From: Macrostomum lignano
Taxonomy: Eukaryota
Length of the DNA stretch: 36,698 nt
Assembly: GCA_002269645.1 (NCBI GenBank)
Contig: NIVC01004061.1
Location: forward strand, 1-36,698
Direction: 5' to 3'
The notes beneath the pieces are model-generated. The model was not told the DNA's origin. It saw only the letters and a list, made by a program, of their open reading frames with translations, and ran no database searches. The translations under genes and the position numbers were made by a program. This document shows, one piece after another, positions 1 to 10,132 of this stretch. Positions within the stretch are counted from its first letter, which is position 1. Each line of letters opens with the position of its first letter.

Positions 1-310
1 TTGAGAGTGGGTTTATTTCTGCTTGAGAGTGGGTATTTATTTCTGGTTGAGAGTGGTATTTATTTCTGCGGTTGAGAGTGGGTTATTTTATTTTGGTGAG
101 AGTGGGTTTTATTTCTGGTTGAGAGTGGGTATTTATTTCCGGTTGAGAGTGGTGTTTATTTCTGGTTGAGAGTGGGTATTTATTTCCGGTTGAGAGTGGG
201 TATTTATTTCCGGTTGAGAGTGGGTATTTATTTCCGGTTGAGAGTGGGTATTTATTTCCGGTTGAGAGTGGGTATTTATTTCGGTGAGAGTGGGTATTAT
301 TTCCGGTTAA
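1..310. repeat. Minisatellite, ~24-bp unit GAGAGTGGGTATTTATTTCCGGTT (within the ACADS intron; runs off the window start)
   Basis: Directly visible tandem copies with small indels; explains the repetitive ORF 83..364 (GNKYPLST repeats). Confidence 0.95.
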
Positions 311-359
311 GGGAGGTGGGCATTTTGTTTCCGTAACAACCACAACCAACCGCCCAAAC

Positions 360-863
360 CCCACCAGTCGCCCTGTCGCTTGGCCGTGTGCTGGCGGCCC
401 CAGCGTCAGACCCGTTGCCGGGCTCGCTCAAGGCGAAGCAGCCAACTTTGCTGCCGTCCAGATACGGGCGCAGGTAATCCGCCTTCTGCTTGTCGTGCCC
501 CACCTGGCCACCGGGCCTGAGTACAGCGAATTGTTGACGCTCATGACTACGCCAAGGGTGGCGCAGCCGCGGACACCTCCTCCATGGCGACCGCGTAGGC
601 CAGGTAATCCAGGCCGGTGCCGCCCTCGGATTCTGGCACGTCGACGCACATGAGGCCGAGCTCGCCGAGCCGCTTCACCAGCTCGGCCGGGTACCGGTGC
701 TCCCTGTCAATCGCCGCTGCCACCGGGCCACCTCGGCGTCGACAAAATCGCGACAGGTCCGCTGCAGCATCCGGTGCGTCTCGGGCAGCTCGGCGAACGC
801 CGCACTAGCTGATGAAGCAGAGAAGCTGCGACAAGCCAGCCGCCAACAGGCGCGGGTGAGCAT
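360..863 (-). CDS. ACADS: Short-chain acyl-CoA dehydrogenase, first coding exon (mitochondrial presequence plus N-terminal domain); four -1 frameshifts; gene continues left of the window
   Basis: ATG at 863 (context GCAACAATG) gives [46 protein letters not shown]. Restoring one C at each of four sites (~726, ~571, ~495, ~388) gives ...[123 protein letters not shown]. This matches ACADS motifs [20 protein letters not shown] and [16 protein letters not shown]. Probable weak donor G|GTTTGG at 359. Confidence 0.9.
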
Positions 864-967
864 TGTTGCTAGCTGGAATGCCAACAGGGCAGTTAGAGAG
901 TTGAGACCTGGTGAGATATACATATACAGGGTAACTAAGATGTATTCGAACTGATAATCTTCAAACA

Positions 968-1247
968 TCATGACGACTTGAAGGTCGGGGGTTCGATTCC
1001 CGATCCCATTGGAACAATTTGTGTCCTAGAGCAAGACACTTAACTCTGCATTGCTTCAGTTCACCCAGCTGTAAAATGGGTGCCAGCATTAGCTGGGGTA
1101 GTTGAGGGTGCATGTGGCGACCCCCCAGTCCTTGGACTGAACAGCTGTATGCAGCCTTCAGGTGGGCCATGCAAAAAGCTGTGGCTGAGCTGTCAGTTGC
1201 ACATCTGGCCCAATTGGGACAGGTGTAATTAATGATTATTATTATTA
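968..1247 (+). mobile_element. tRNA-derived CORE-type SINE (5' end possibly truncated) with (ATT)n tail
   Basis: B-box GGTTCGATTCCC at 990-1001. The segment GTGTCCTAGAGCAAGACACTTAACTCTGCATTGCTTCAGTTCACCCAGCTGTAAAATGGG (1021-1080) resembles the MIR/CORE domain. ATGATTATTATTATTA tail at ~1232-1247. No clear A-box. Confidence 0.75.
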
Positions 1248-2109
1248 ATCAAACATAATCCATAGGAAAAGGGTTTTAAAGTGTTAAAATTGCAGTGCTA
1301 TTTGATATCTGAGGACCAAATTCAGGACATTTGCTAGCATCAGTGAAAAAAGTTTAACATCAAATAAAATACCAACATCTCTATCTTACCTTTACTTTGT
1401 TGAGCCTTTTTAACCCACAGAAACTACAAAGTCTATAGATTTTATGTTTACAGATTATTCACACATAAAAAGTTAAAAGAAACCTTCAAATCATAAAAAT
1501 CCCAAGTAATTATAACATTATTGATACTTTACAAAAAATCCTTATAACTTATATTTTAAGAGTTATACCTTGGAAAAACAGGGTACCAATTTGGCATCTG
1601 GGGTCCAAATTGAGAATGCAAAAAGTAGGTTGATATGTTACAATAGCTTTTATTACAAAAGGTTAGTTAAGAATTAAAAATTCTTAATTGGCTCTGCATT
1701 ATATTATAGTGGCTCTGCATTCTACAATGACATTTATATTAAAACTTATCTTTTTTGTTTAAATTTTAAAAATACAAAAAGCCATTAATTTTAATTTCTT
1801 ATGAATGTTACAATTTTATTAAGCTTTTCCAAAAAAAAATGACAATAGTTTGCCACCACTTTGATGAAAACTAATATGTTATTTATTATATGATAGGGCC
1901 TATTTGATAGGGCCTAACAATATATTTAAATTAAATAAACAAATAGCAATGCTATAAAGATTAGTAGTCCTTTGCTTTTGCACATTTTTTCTAAAAATTT
2001 ATAATTTAAATAGCCTAAAATAGGTGCAAAGTCTTATTATTAGTTAGATAGGTAGTCTTAGTCAATGGTTAGCCAATGTAAGGCAGATACAATAAACTTA
2101 TAAATTAAG

Positions 2110-2840
2110 CTCTTATACACTAGATAGCCTATCAAATTTCTTAGATACCCATTTAAATGGGTGCTATAGACTAGGCCTACTTTCCCTTCTAACAACAACA
2201 ATTTCTTGCTATATCAACATGTGGGTTGATGCCAACTAGAGAAATGGCTCAATATGCTTGGTTATACTAACAATCTTGCCTTGCTATCCTAGAATGTCAA
2301 TGGTGCCTAGCATAAGCTAGACTGGCTAATGAGTATTGCAACCAGTGTTGGCCTAATGGTCAATATGTAGAAAACTATTGTGCTCTATATGCTAGATAAT
2401 ATCAAGGCTGCTTTTTTCTAGACATTGACAGATTTACTTAAATAATAAGTTGATATAATGCACACTAGCTTGCTATATGCCACCTTTAACATTAGCTACA
2501 AGCAAATTACCTATGTGGCATTCTAATGCTATATTAGCCTATTTGATCCCAGCAAATTATTATACCATTGGCAACTCTATCTGGTAGGCTATATTATTTG
2601 AGCTAAGTCATATTGCTTAAAACCAATATCAGAGATGTTTAACTCTCAATTAGAAATAAAATATTGTAAGCACCATATTAGCAGGGATAGGCTTAGATTT
2701 AACATTTTGTCAAATTTGCTTTTTGGCTGTTGCTAACACCCAATACTGCTAGTGGTATAGCCTATATTCCTACCTAGGCCCTGAAATGAGACATTATCCT
2801 AAACTTGACTAGCTAATATCTTTAGTTATTATTATTATTA
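2110..2840 (+). mobile_element. Dead RTE-like non-LTR retrotransposon 3' fragment (RT domain plus C-terminal region, internal deletions), heavily transition-mutated
   Basis: Frame from 2257 reads LGYTNNLALLS*NVNGA*HKLDWLMSIATSVGLMVNM*KTIVL, a decayed LGYADDLALL...GL.VN..KT RT core. Further on, LLYHWQLYLVGYII*A corresponds to the RTE-type RRRRL..AGH..R motif. The element ends in a (TTA)n tail at ~2825-2840. Confidence 0.85.
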
Positions 2841-3627
2841 AGCTTTTAAAAACAACTTAATTAAGTCTATCTTAGTGTACTATTGAAACCATGGTTAGTT
2901 GCTTATTTATAATTTATAGATAAATTATACTTATATATATATCAAGGTGTACTTCATATATCAAGTGCATAAAACAAAAATATTTAGACCAAGAAAGGTG
3001 CATAGAATATAGTTTTTTTGCTAGAAAAGGCAAAGCATATATATTGTTGGATTTAAATATAACAAGGATAAGCCCTAGCTTTAATGTCAATATTACTTTA
3101 TTAAAGCTTTTTTAGCAGAGTTAACGAAAAAAATTAATAAAGTTTAGCACAAATGTGCATTACATTTTATTTACAAAATAAGTTTAATTTTTCTATCCTT
3201 TCATTTTTCAGGATATTCACTCCCAGGTAAGAAATCTCAGAAACAGATGAAAAAGAATGAAAAGTTTACCATTGCCATGGCTAGCAGTACCTAACACTAG
3301 GCCTAACTAACAGTAACTGAGTAACAACAAAACAAAAATAGATAATTTGGTATCTGGATTCTGGGATCCAAAAACAGGATCCCAATTTAAAAGGCAGAAT
3401 TCCATGGCATACCTATGGGGTAAAAACACTGATGGTATGTTTAAAATATTCTAAACTAAAAAGCAAATCTTTTAGTATTTTACAGTATTTTATTTTTAAC
3501 TTTTTAAGTTAGTTAGAATATAGGATTGTCAACGGCCATAGCTGCCTAACAAAAGATGCGCGAAAAATTTAACGTAGCAAACAGACACTTAATATATAAC
3601 CGTGACATCATACCATCAGCCATCTTT

Positions 3628-3798
3628 CAGTAGCTGATTTAGAGGGGGCGCACAGGGCGCCCCCCCCCCGTTGAGTTGGATTTTTTTATATGGAAAATAC
3701 ACATTATCATGTACATATACTTGTACATGATATATGAATATATATGTACCTTAGTACTCTGCGCCCCCCCCGTTCAAAATTTTCTGGATCCGCTACTA
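3628..3798. mobile_element. hAT-type MITE (171 bp) with 8-bp target-site duplication
   Basis: Imperfect TIRs CAGTAGCTGAT...GGGGGCGC and GCGCCCCCCC...GGATCCGCTACTA. Identical CCATCTTT flanks at 3620-3627 and 3799-3806; an 8-bp TSD is typical of hAT. Confidence 0.8.
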
Positions 3799-4278
3799 CC
3801 ATCTTTGCAGCTTTGAATTGCTTTATTTCAATTTCAGCTTGTTTCGAGCATCCGTGGCTTGAGAGTGCACTTGATTCTTTGGAAAAATAATCATTTAAAA
3901 TAGTGTGTTTTAACAAATATGTACAGATGAAACTTCTTAAAATGCAGGAAAGTAATTAGTGCTGGTAAATCAGTATTATGCTATGCATTCTATTTTTTAA
4001 ATTAATCTCTAAGCCAATCTATTAATTTTTTAAAGTGTGTGATTTGCTCAGCTGTTATCCAATCACAGTCATTCGGAAAAGTTGCTGCTAAGTCTTAAGA
4101 CAGTAAGGAGCTTCTGTGCGTGCAATTTCTTCATGTTATTCCGATCTTCCGTCCCCACTTCTCGATAGAAAATATTAGTTTCCTTGGTCCTCTATAAGAT
4201 TCGACAAATAGTTTTAACTTACTCTAGACTTTATTACTTCCTTTACACCTCGCATTTACAATCGCCGACTCGCTCATC

Positions 4279-4352
4279 ATGACTATGGACAGCACACAAA
4301 ACGGGAATACGGAAGAGGAAGTTATCAATGGGAGTGGATCGAATGATCCGGG
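4279..4352 (+). CDS. msi: Musashi homolog, coding exon 1 (MTMDSTQNGNTEEEVINGSGSNDPG)
   Basis: ATG at 4279, open frame to donor GG|GTAAGC at 4353. Phase 2 joins to G-KMFIGG; the NDPG-KMF junction parallels HDPC-KMF of vertebrate MSI1. Confidence 0.85.
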
Positions 4353-4823
4353 GTAAGCCCTGTTTTTTCGGTGCAAGCAATTATTTTTAGTAAAGGGTAA
4401 TTAACTTCGCTTTTGCCATTTGCAGTACAGCTTTATAACTTTCACTGAAATACACGTACATGTTATCTTTAGTACATCGATAAAAAAACTTTTCTTTTTC
4501 GCATAATTTTTGTTCTTTAGTGCACAAAGTTTGCAAATTCGTTCACTTGGCGCATGTTGTATCAAAATATGACACTAAAATGATGTTGCCACTGACTGTA
4601 GCTAAGGAATGACGATGTGGCCACTTGCCCTAACTTAAACAACTACACGTATACAACCCGCTGCATCGGGCAGGAGCTGCGAGCAGTTCCTAGCTAGCTA
4701 AGCTAGCTCGTCTTGTAACAGATTTGAGCTGCGATGAGATTTCTGAAATTTCTGAATTCTATATTTGAGTTCTATTTTTACTTGTCTCAGCTGATCTGAT
4801 CTAAATGCCCGACTCATTTGCAG

Positions 4824-4864
4824 GAAAATGTTCATTGGTGGCCTCAGTCCCACTACAGCGCCAG
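4824..4864 (+). CDS. msi: Musashi exon 2, RRM1 RNP2 (KMFIGGLSPTTAP)
   Basis: TTTGCAG| acceptor, G|GTCAGT donor, 41 nt, phases 2 to 1. Confidence 0.93.
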
Positions 4865-4967
4865 GTCAGTTCCCGATATACTTGAAACAATAAATAAATA
4901 CATTGCTAATCCTCGTTAATCAATCAATTACACTGTTCACTAGAAAGCACTGCTCTTTCTCTTTCAG

Positions 4968-5049
4968 AAGTATTGCATCAGTATTTCGCCAAATTCGGGG
5001 AGATCAAGGAGTACATGATCATGAAGGATCCCATCTCCAAACGGTCCAG
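4968..5049 (+). CDS. msi: Musashi exon 3 (EVLHQYFAKFGEIKEYMIMKDPISKRSR)
   Basis: CTCTTTCTCTTTCAG| acceptor, AG|GTAAAC donor, 82 nt; homologous to [28 protein letters not shown]. Confidence 0.95.
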
Positions 5050-5832
5050 GTAAACATCATGCAAATCGGCTTACAGATGCTCTGCTGAACTAGAAATAGA
5101 TGCAGCATAAAGAGCGGACTGTAGGCTTGCGAGTGCAGTAAAGACTGCATCGGTATGTGCGGCCCTCTGCTGCCTCCCTGTCTCCGCGATGCCTCCCGTC
5201 TCTTTCGCTCCTTTACTTTTCTCCCCCCAGCAATTCCGCAAGGCCGAAGGGGAAGCTTGGGGCTTGGGGCCGGCGGCGCATTTATGGGAAAATCGGGCTA
5301 TAGGGGGGAGCATCGCCTCCTCGCCACCCCCCCCCTGACGTCTACCCTCCTGGATCCCTCCTCCCCGACTTTCCCTTCCCTGTTTACCCCTCTGTGTATA
5401 TCTGAACCTCCCCTCCGCTCCATCCCAGGTGCTGGCATACCCATAATCCAACATCTCCCCTTAGTCGATAATGCCGCTGCCTCCGGCGGTCCGCGGGGTT
5501 TAGCAGGCAAGAAGAAATGAAGCGTGTACCGAGGCTGGGGCGCTATATACTGTGCCGTCTGAGGAAGACAGAGGGAAAGTGCCATACAAGGCAGCAGCAG
5601 TTCTGGGGGTGGGGAGATGTTAACTCGCGCGCCAAAGCTTTCACGATCTGCAGCCGTCTATTAATAGTTTTCCATGTGTCTTTCACTGAAGGAATGCTTT
5701 TGAACTTTATAAGACGAAAAAAATGTCAATAAATAGTGTGACAATGTCGCGGCCATTCCAAAGCAGACTGGCAACTCAACTCCTGTGTGGTTCTCAATTA
5801 CTCGAATTATTAATAACTTCCCATTATTTCAG

Positions 5833-5917
5833 GGGATTTGGTTTCGTCACTTTCTCGGAGCCGAGCTCCGTGGATCGTGTGCTGGAGAGCGCGCCGCACT
5901 TCCTTGAATCGAAAAAG
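5833..5917 (+). CDS. msi: Musashi exon 4, RRM1 RNP1 ([29 protein letters not shown])
   Basis: TTATTTCAG| acceptor, AAG|GTAACT donor, 85 nt, RNP1 octamer RGFGFVTF. Confidence 0.95.
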
Positions 5918-7497
5918 GTAACTCCAGGGGGAGCTGTGGGACGAGTTTGAACTGATATCCTGCTGAATCATGTGTGGGAGTGTCACAGTTCGCTTGATAA
6001 CTGCTGAATAAGCTTGGAAAGGAGGTATTGGGGAGTCGAACAAAGGGGAGACACACGTGCACTGCAGAGCTAGGATTGGTGCTGGGGGAATTGCACATTG
6101 AACCCTGGATTGCTGCTAGCTGATTTAGAGATGAGTACTGGGAGAACGATGTAGATGTTACAGTTTCGGCTCAGGCAGGCAGGCAGACAGTCAGCTCCGG
6201 CCCATATAGCTTTGGATGTTGGCTTATCCCTGCCTTGCATTGCTCCCTCACCGTGTCTTCCCTACGCACCTACCTGCCGTCCCGCTTGTCCGCATCGTCA
6301 TAAACCTATATATAAATGAGCCCCTAAGCCAGTTGGAGGAGCAACTTGAAGAGAGTGAAACCCCAGCATGCGATCCTGGCCTCAATAAAGCGCGGGAGTA
6401 TGCTTACATCTCCCCAACTTCCCCAAAGCCCATCTCCCATTTTTAGTGCCAGCACGAGTATAGGCGCCCCTGTTTGTGCGTTTCTTCGTAGTCAGCAGGA
6501 TTACTCTGCTCAGGGTCCATGAATCACGCTCTACACGGCCCAAGCGTACAAGTCCGCTGCCGGGTTGGAAGACTTAGCAGAGAAAGGCCTGGGACAGAGA
6601 GAGAGAGAGCGAAAGCAGGGGAAGTGAGAGGTGCATTGCCACGATTTCTCCCCCCATCTCATAGCAATTCTGCCCCCGACTCTTCCCAAGGCGCATGCAG
6701 TAATGAGGTGGAAATCCAGCTGATCAATTATTCATACCGTCTCATCGCCCACGCTCAGCCTCGTCTGCACAATTAGGCACTTCGCCCTGGGCTCCACCCG
6801 CTAACCTGATGCTGCAGCCTCATCAACTGCGGCCTCTTCTACGTATTCGTCCTCTCTACCAGCCTCTGATATCATCTATTGTTAGTCCCGGCCTTTTAAA
6901 TTACTGTCTGGAAGCGGAGGAGGGCCTGCTAGTTCTCTGACTAAAGCTTCAAAAAATAGATCGGGCGCAGCACTCGACGGCAAAAAGCATTCAGCTGAGT
7001 TAACGTGTTTTCCAGAAGCATCTGAGCTCTCTGTCTGCCTCTGTGTGCGCACTCTAATTGTTATTTGGCAACAGCTTAATGGCTTGGGTTAGAAAGAAAC
7101 GCTTCGGACAGTTACTAAAGACAGGTTCTAAACGGCTGTCTACCGGTTTATACCCGTGTTTACGATGCTGGGCCCTGCTTCTGTGTTTTGGCCTGTCAAG
7201 TGTCACTTGCAGCCGAATCGGCGGCAGTTGCAGCAGCAATCCAGGGGTCGCCGCCGCCTCTCAACCGCTCCCTGCCCTGTGAAGTAGAGATGGACCGGGC
7301 GGCCATTCATTCACGCAAGCGTGTGGGTGGGGGTTCACCGCTTGTACTGCTGGATCCATGCGGTATTGAACCGCTTTCCAGCATCAGCTGCACACTTAGT
7401 CCGCATGCCTGCATGTAACTCTGACATCAGCGCTCCAAAGTGCATCATGTTCTTCTTAAACTGACTGCTTATCATTTTTTCTAACCTCGATTTGCAG

Positions 7498-7545
7498 ATC
7501 GACCCTAAAGTGGCCGTGCCTCGGAAGCCGGGCCAGGGTGCCAAG
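7498..7545 (+). CDS. msi: Musashi exon 5 (IDPKVAVPRKPGQGAK)
   Basis: TTTGCAG| acceptor, AAG|GTGAGC donor, 48 nt; IDPKVA.PR is the Musashi RRM1 C-terminal signature. Confidence 0.93.
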
Positions 7546-7595
7546 GTGAGCAACCGCAATGATGTCGCGCCTAACTACGAGCTAAATTGAGGGCC

Positions 7596-8204
7596 AAATA
7601 GTCCCAACCGAATAGTCCCAACCGAATAGTCCCAACCGAATAGTCCCAACCGAATATCCCAACCGAATAACCTCAACCGAATAGTCCCAATCGAATAATC
7701 CCAACCGAATAGTCCCAACCGAATATCCCAACCGAATAGTCCCAACCGAATAGTCCTAACCGAATATCCCAGCCGAATAACCCTAACCGAATGTTCCAAC
7801 TGAATATCCCAACCGAATAATCCCAACCGAATAGTCCCAACCGAATATCCCAACCGAATAGTCCCAACCGAATAGTCCCAACCGAATATCCCAACCGAAT
7901 AATCCCAACCGAATAGTCCTAACCGAAATATCCCAACCGAATAGTCCTAACCGAATAATCCCCAACCAAATAATCCCAACCGAATAGTCCCAACCGAAAT
8001 ATCCCAACCGAATAATCCCAACCGAATAGTCCCAACCGAATAGTCCCAACCGAATAGTCCCAACTGAAATATCCCAACCGAATAATCCTAACCGAATAAT
8101 CCCCAACCAAATAATCCCAACCGAATAGTCCCAACTGAATAATCCCAACCGAATAACCCCAACCGAATATTCCAACTGAATAATCCCAACCGAATAGTCC
8201 CAAC
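7596..8204. repeat. Minisatellite, 13-15-bp unit CCCAACCGAATAGT (msi intron 5, starts ~50 nt after the donor)
   Basis: Visible tandem array with variants AATATCCC and AATAATCCC. Confidence 0.95.
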
Positions 8205-8353
8205 GCATCCGAATGCGAAGGTCCTGGGCGCAGTCCGGTAATAAACCAAAGCAAAATAAAGCTACAGGGGGGAGAAGAAGTGAGGAGGAGCTCTCGAATC
8301 CCCTTGACCGCCAGAGCCGGTCGTATTTCTCTGCTGCTGCCGGAGTGCAAGAA

Positions 8354-8357
<4 letters not shown>

Positions 8358-8417
<60 letters not shown>
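8358..8417. repeat. (GA)n microsatellite
   Basis: Pure dinucleotide run. Confidence 0.97.
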
Positions 8418-8420
<3 letters not shown>

Positions 8421-9544
8421 CGGGGCGAATTTCTTTAGGGGAGGCAGAATGGACTTGGCGCGCTTGAAGCAGCAGAAAGCTGTGGGGAGCTGGGCCGAGG
8501 CCGAGGCTTTTCTCCCCTTCTCTCTTCTCCCCAAACTAAAATGAAGGGAAGATCTCTCGTCGGCCGGCCGTCTTCCTACTCGAGTTTTCCCTAGCGCGTT
8601 GCCCAAGGATGTTGGGGGAGGCAGCCGAGTCGGGCGCAGATTAAATTAAGAGGAAAAGAGGGACGAGCGGCCTTGTACTCGGGCTTCATCTACACTCGCG
8701 CGCTGCGTTCTCCATGCAGCCTCCTTCGCTCGCTTTTAAAAGGTTGCTGCTGCCTCTTCAGGGTCTGTTTGAGCCCCTTAGACATCGTAAAGAAAATCTT
8801 ATGCGGAGCGTAAGTTTTCTTACTACAACGGCATTTGAGCTTGGAGGCGGCTCGTAAAATGAGTTTAAATACCTTTGAGCCGCTTTCCGCTTGCAAACAC
8901 CTTTGGTGCCGGACAAGTGAGCTGTGTGATCATTGCGGCTAGTCCAATTTCGGGGCATCCAATTCCCATCCTCTTTCCCATCCCAGCTTCCCTTGTCCTT
9001 CATTTCCCTCATCTTTCCATCATCCGTCCGGACCCTATACTTTGATCCCCTTATTCCCCGAGCCCGTCTCCAGTGACAGGGGGGGGGGGGCACGGGAGGG
9101 GGATCGCTGATGCATTCGGACAGGAATCTCCGGCTTTGAGGCAAAGTTGCCCCGCCAGGGAGGGAAAGGGATTTGGGGCGGGGTTAGAGATGAAGGGGGC
9201 GGGCGGCTCAGTCTTCTCACAGTGCTCATTAATTTCGCCTTCTAACCCTTCGCACACGCAGTCCTATCCTACAGCCCTCTTATCTTCAAATCCCTCTTCT
9301 CCTCTGCGGGTGGCGAGTCTCAATCACTGAGAGCATTCCTATATAGTATCATAGGTGCAGACTTCCAAGCCTAGCACTGGGGTGTATACACAGCACTAAT
9401 CGTAAGCGTAATTGAGAGATGAATGATTCGGCAAGGCAAGTTCGCAATCAGTTTATATTTATATTTGTTTCCGAGCAGCTCGTCCAGAGAAAAGTGCAAC
9501 GATGAGACTGCCAAAGAGTCTGCCAAGCCGCTCTGCTCTCGGCC

Positions 9545-9546
<2 letters not shown>

Positions 9547-9633
<87 letters not shown>
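9547..9633. repeat. (TC)n microsatellite
   Basis: Pure dinucleotide run. Confidence 0.97.
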
Positions 9634-9637
<4 letters not shown>

Positions 9638-10132
9638 ATTGATGGAAAGTTCGGCCACTCAAATCACGCCACAGCGATTGGCTGGCGGCAAGGGAAGCTG
9701 CATGAAATATCCCAGACTGATTCACTTTACTCCATGCTGCCCTCCTCCTGCAGGAGTATTTTTGCTTGGCAATTACCAGGAAGTCGATTCTGATCCCATC
9801 TCTATCCCTCACTTGAAGCAGGAGAGGCCCCAAGCATTCCCTCCCCCTAGTCTGCCGGTATCAATCGATGCAGAATCTGCATGGCGTGCGCTATAAGCTA
9901 TTGAATCTATTGGGAAAATCTTCTTCTGCTGCTCCTTCTCGTCTTCTTCTTCGTCTTGTTCGCTACGATGACTCGATGCGAGATAATGAGCCCCTGGTGA
10001 GCGCGCAGCTGCCAGACACGCAGGCTGCCCGAAACCTGATTATCTATCAACAGCATTCGTCTGGGCCGCCTAGCAACTCCACTCTCCCGGCTTCGGCCAC
10101 CGATTTGTCTGCGCTGAGCAGCGGGGGGCCTT

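Noticed and set aside
380-730. Programmed ribosomal frameshifting in ACADS
   Set aside because: Four independent -1 lesions with no slippery heptamers or stimulators; error or pseudogenisation is far simpler.
968-1010. tRNA gene
   Set aside because: Only a T-arm/B-box is present, followed by a CORE domain and (ATT)n tail, so this is a SINE head rather than a cloverleaf tRNA.
2110-2840. APOBEC-type editing during reverse transcription as sole cause of the RT decay
   Set aside because: That predicts one substitution type on the element's sense strand (G>A), whereas both C>T and G>A are abundant.
4944-4967. In-frame upstream acceptor (CACTAG|) adding 8 aa to exon 3
   Set aside because: It has no pyrimidine tract, and the added segment is itself the tract of the real acceptor; it would disrupt the RRM1 beta1-alpha1 region.
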